A stretch of DNA of 63,973 nt, the filler included, from a bacterium (GTDB lineage Bacteria; JALSQH01): the NCBI GenBank assembly GCA_026985515.1. It is 9 parts of 9 records of this genome, joined end to end, with 100 filler letters (N's around TTAATTAATTAA, not from the genome) between each part and the next. Parts side by side here need not be neighbours in the genome. Positions count along the whole stretch, not along the records: positions 61,158 to 63,973 come from JALSQH010000143.1; 8 more parts are not named here. One strand, 5' to 3'. The notes below the pieces were generated by a model. That model ran no database searches, was not told the origin of the DNA, and worked only from the letters and a program-made list of their open reading frames with translations. The position numbers and the translations under genes are program-made. Below are positions 61,158-63,973 of the stretch, piece after piece (the stretch's first letter is position 1; each line of letters opens with the position of its first letter).

Positions 61158-62021
61158 TCTTATAATGTGCATAATTGGTTCATGTAATCTATCAATAACT
61201 GATTTATCAAGTTCAGTCTCTTCACCTCTGATCACAACCTCCACCTTTTTCCCGCTCTTTTTTGATTCTTCCCTTACTATTCTGGGTATTGCAGTAAACA
61301 CATTCTTTATGGGCAGTAGTCTTAGAGACATTATGGCTTCCTGCAGTTCTGTGATCTTTTTCCCCATTGCCTGGGAAACTTCCAGAAGTTCCTGTAATTC
61401 TGGGTCTCTTCCATGTTTTTGAAGTAACAAAGATTCAATCTGGTCCAGCCTTGTTCTGTAAATGATGAGCTCTCCAAGAAGATTAATCTGTCTATCCAGC
61501 TTGGAGAAATCAACCTTGATTAACTGCGTATCTCTGTGGATGGATACACTCTCTTCTTCCTGCTGAGAGGAACTCTTCTGCTTCTTGAGAGATAAAAAAG
61601 ATTTTAAGTCTTCCTTTCCCCTTAAAATTTCATCTGTTTCTCTCTGGAGAGGTGTATAATCCTCTTTCTTCTTCTTAATATATGCAACAGCCTCTCTTAT
61701 TTTTTTCTCTACATCAAAAAGAAAATCAAGGAGTTGTGGTGCGATTTCAAAATCAGGGTCTTCCACATAGCTTTTTATAATTCCTTCCACTTCATGTACA
61801 TACTTTTGTAAGGATGAAAATCCAAGCATTCCGGAGCTACCTTTGATGGTGTGAAGAGGACCAAGAATTCCCTTTATTTCAAGAATTGACTCGGGACTTT
61901 GCTCAATTTCCCTATCAATTTTAAGAAGAAGATCCACAATATTGTCAAGCAGAGAAATGGTGTCAGCGTAATAATCATCTATGAGCTCAGTTATGTCGAA
62001 AAAGTCTTTTTCGTTGCTCAT
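61158..62021 (-). CDS. cheA: CheA-type histidine kinase (Hpt + dimerisation), 3' truncated
   Basis: LHTIKGSSGMLGF, KLDRQINLLGELII, GEETELDKSVI..L.EP.MHIIR. Confidence 0.9.
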
Positions 62022-62065
62022 TTTTTTATAAATTTACCATAAGGTACCATAAAAAGCAATGATGG

Positions 62066-62093
62066 TTGAAATTCACAGGAGTTTTTGTATAAT
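62066..62093 (+). promoter_or_regulatory. Putative sigma70 promoter of tRNA-Met
   Basis: TTGAAA-N16-TATAAT. Confidence 0.5.
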
Positions 62094-62104
62094 ATGGGAC
62101 GAGT

Positions 62105-62181
62105 GGCGGTGTAGCTCAGCTGGTTAGAGCATGCGGCTCATATCCGCAGTGTCGGGGGTTCGAGTCCCTCCACCGCCACCA
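62105..62181 (+). tRNA. tRNA-Met (CAT), elongator type
   Basis: GGCGGTG/CACCGCC acceptor stem, TAGCTCAG D arm, TGCGG-CTCATAT-CCGCA anticodon arm, GTTCGA, encoded CCA; G1-C72 paired. Confidence 0.93.
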
Positions 62182-62184
62182 TTT

Positions 62185-63651
62185 TTATTTTCTTAGAGAC
62201 ACTGGAACCGGGAGTTCAACATAACCTCTGTCATCAGTCAAATCTCCGAACACACTTAATCCTGAAATATTCTCCACAATCTGGACATTGGCATTTCCTA
62301 CAGGTTTCTCATCAGTGTTCACCAGTTTAAGCCTTCTTATCCTGTACCTAGGCAAAACAATATCAACTTCAGGTGAATCATCAGATAAAGAATCTCCGGT
62401 CAAAATAACAATTTCACCAATTCCTCTGTAATATGAGGGAGGAAAAACTCTGATCAGGGAGAAAGAAAAAGGAAAATTGTAGTCATATTTCAGCCTTACA
62501 ACTCCTCTCCAGTTTGTTTTTCCACTGACAGGAAGTGTCTGTAAATTCTTCACACCAGGAACAGGTTCAATTTCCACACTGGCACCGGAAAGGGGTTTAC
62601 CATCAGGGGCAAATACCCTTACCGTCACATCCTTCGCAGGTGTAAATTTAACATCAAGTTCTCTCGCTCCCTCCAGAGTAAATGAGGTAACCCAGGTAGC
62701 ATATCCTGAAACGGAAGAAGGGGTAAGATAAACATCGTAACTACCCTCTACCATTTTAATCTGAGAAAATATGCTGGTCAGCAAAACCGAATTATTAATA
62801 TATCCCCTGGCGCTGAGTTTACCGCTGGTTAGTGAGAGTGTGGTTTCACCAAGAACAGAAAAGAAAAATGGATAATTTTGCTGGGGATCAAGGAGCAGAG
62901 TTAGGGTTTCTTCTGTAAATGTCCCACGAAGTTTAAAATCAAGGTCTCTCCAGGTTACAGGGTGAGGAAATTCCATTTCAAAATCCGGGAAGAATTGATT
63001 CCTGACACTGAACAATTCGAAAATGGTGTAATGCTCAGAGGGTGAAACAGGAATCTTAAAATAACCATCATCTATAGAAGCAGAAGCTGAACTGAAACCA
63101 TCCTCAGTTAAAAGTTTTACTCTGTAGCCATCCAGAAAATCATCATCTTCTGAGTCAATTTTTCCCGTAACATACGCAGGATAGGGGTAGGATACAGAAA
63201 TATATGGTCGTTCCTTCACATTGTAGCTGGCTCTGAAAGGAGGCAGTTCATCAACAAGAGGGAAGATCTCCAGATCAATAACTGATGTATCAGGTATATC
63301 AATGGAGAAAATGTTTCCCGTAGACTCTTCCTTAACAACGTAATAGCGACTTTCAGGAACAGTGACCCTGAGGAGAAAAGTGAAATCTTCTTCATAATCA
63401 ACTTTAATTTTTATGCTTTTTGTATCTGGAATTACAATCTTTTCTAAATCAACAACTTCTGTGAGGGGAAGGGAGAAGGGGAGATAACCGGAGCTTTCAG
63501 GGGGAACTATTCTGACCGTATAATCCTCGGGAGATTCTTTTATGACTCCCTGGAAATTTTCAGGAGGTGGGGACCTGTTTTCACATCCCAGGAAGCTAAG
63601 AAGAAGTAACAATAATAGTCCACCACCACTTAGTTTCATTTTCTCCATCAC
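62185..63651 (-). CDS. Hypothetical lipoprotein with carboxypeptidase-regulatory-like beta domains
   Basis: Lipobox FLGC; DGKPLSGASV and DEKPVGNANV...TDDRG motifs. Confidence 0.7.
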   Translation of the reverse strand: MMEKMKLSGGGLLLLLLLSFLGCENRSPPPENFQGVIKESPEDYTVRIVPPESSGYLPFSLPLTEVVDLEKIVIPDTKSIKIKVDYEEDFTFLLRVTVPESRYYVVKEESTGNIFSIDIPDTSVIDLEIFPLVDELPPFRASYNVKERPYISVSYPYPAYVTGKIDSEDDDFLDGYRVKLLTEDGFSSASASIDDGYFKIPVSPSEHYTIFELFSVRNQFFPDFEMEFPHPVTWRDLDFKLRGTFTEETLTLLLDPQQNYPFFFSVLGETTLSLTSGKLSARGYINNSVLLTSIFSQIKMVEGSYDVYLTPSSVSGYATWVTSFTLEGARELDVKFTPAKDVTVRVFAPDGKPLSGASVEIEPVPGVKNLQTLPVSGKTNWRGVVRLKYDYNFPFSFSLIRVFPPSYYRGIGEIVILTGDSLSDDSPEVDIVLPRYRIRRLKLVNTDEKPVGNANVQIVENISGLSVFGDLTDDRGYVELPVPVSLRK

Positions 63652-63970
63652 TTATAACCACCTCCAGTGTAAAATATTCTCTATCCCCCTTTATGGGAGG
63701 GGCAACAAAACGTATAAATGTACCATTTGAAATTGGTTCACCATTTAAAAACCAGGTATAGGAAAGATTTTCTGGATCTTCATCTCTAACCTTATCAATT
63801 GAAAAAACCTGAGTCTCTCCGGGTTTCAGAATAACATACGACTGAGTGGGTGAGTAGGCTTCTATGACAGGGGGAAGATTCTTATGTTGAGGCTCAGTTT
63901 CTATGGGATCAGGAACCAGACATCCACCCAGCACGGGGATCAACAGGAAAAGTACATACAATTTTTTCAT
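63596..63970 (-). CDS. Small lipoprotein with Ig/PKD-like domain
   Basis: Lipobox LGGC; NLPPVI, DEDPENLSYTW, VVISDG. Confidence 0.72.
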   Translation of the reverse strand: MKKLYVLFLLIPVLGGCLVPDPIETEPQHKNLPPVIEAYSPTQSYVILKPGETQVFSIDKVRDEDPENLSYTWFLNGEPISNGTFIRFVAPPIKGDREYFTLEVVISDGENETKWWWTIIVTSS

Positions 63971-63973
63971 TCC

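Noticed and set aside
62105-62181. tRNA as initiator Met, Ile2, or an integration site
   Set aside because: G1-C72 pairing and no triple G-C anticodon stem argue against the initiator; the overall sequence resembles elongator Met more than Ile2; no integrase or duplicated 3' end nearby.
179-63730. Many 60-150 aa ORFs antisense to or nested in assigned genes
   Set aside because: Shadow ORFs of well-supported CDSs, lacking SDs or motifs.
1-63973. CRISPR arrays, rRNA, selenocysteine read-through, complete defence systems
   Set aside because: None recognised by eye; only a short possible PD-(D/E)XK tail at a contig edge. A covariance-model or HMM search would be needed to exclude them firmly.

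Overview
The window is not one locus. It is nine separate contig pieces joined by artificial 100-nt N/TTAATTAATTAA/N linkers (1-14421, 14522-28645, 28746-42848, 42949-46575, 46676-50282, 50383-53923, 54024-57498, 57599-61057, 61158-63973), so adjacency across linkers is meaningless. The content looks like a moderately AT-rich, Glu/Lys-rich (possibly thermophilic) deltaproteobacterial/Myxococcota-like MAG; this taxonomy is inferred from gene content only. Housekeeping genes include sppA, lapB, larBC, tatBC, xerC-hslVU-argBDF-argG, proS, trmB and tRNA-Met. Myxobacteria-like motility genes include a GltF/AglRQS/GltG-like motor cluster, the C-terminus of MglA, and a pilA...pilGHI-pilD locus. The strongest novel candidate is the type IV pilin locus. 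Two gaplessly alignable pilin paralogs each carry four N-x-S/T sequons at entirely non-overlapping positions, and one is truncated by a probable IS end. They lie directly upstream of a DUF2723/TMEM260-like GT-C, a second GT-C and a polyprenyl-phosphate GT2, suggesting a pilin glycan-shield system. Other notable items are a circularly permuted esterase lipoprotein, an ExbD-like stator subunit with Asp->Asn and an EF-hand-like loop, a lid-less DnaK plus J-protein inside the arg operon behind a CIRCE-like box, an IS481-like element with a 14-15 bp target duplication, a (CTTC)4-frameshifted secreted-protein gene, and several apparently leaderless genes. All calls come from manual motif reading; no database searches were run.
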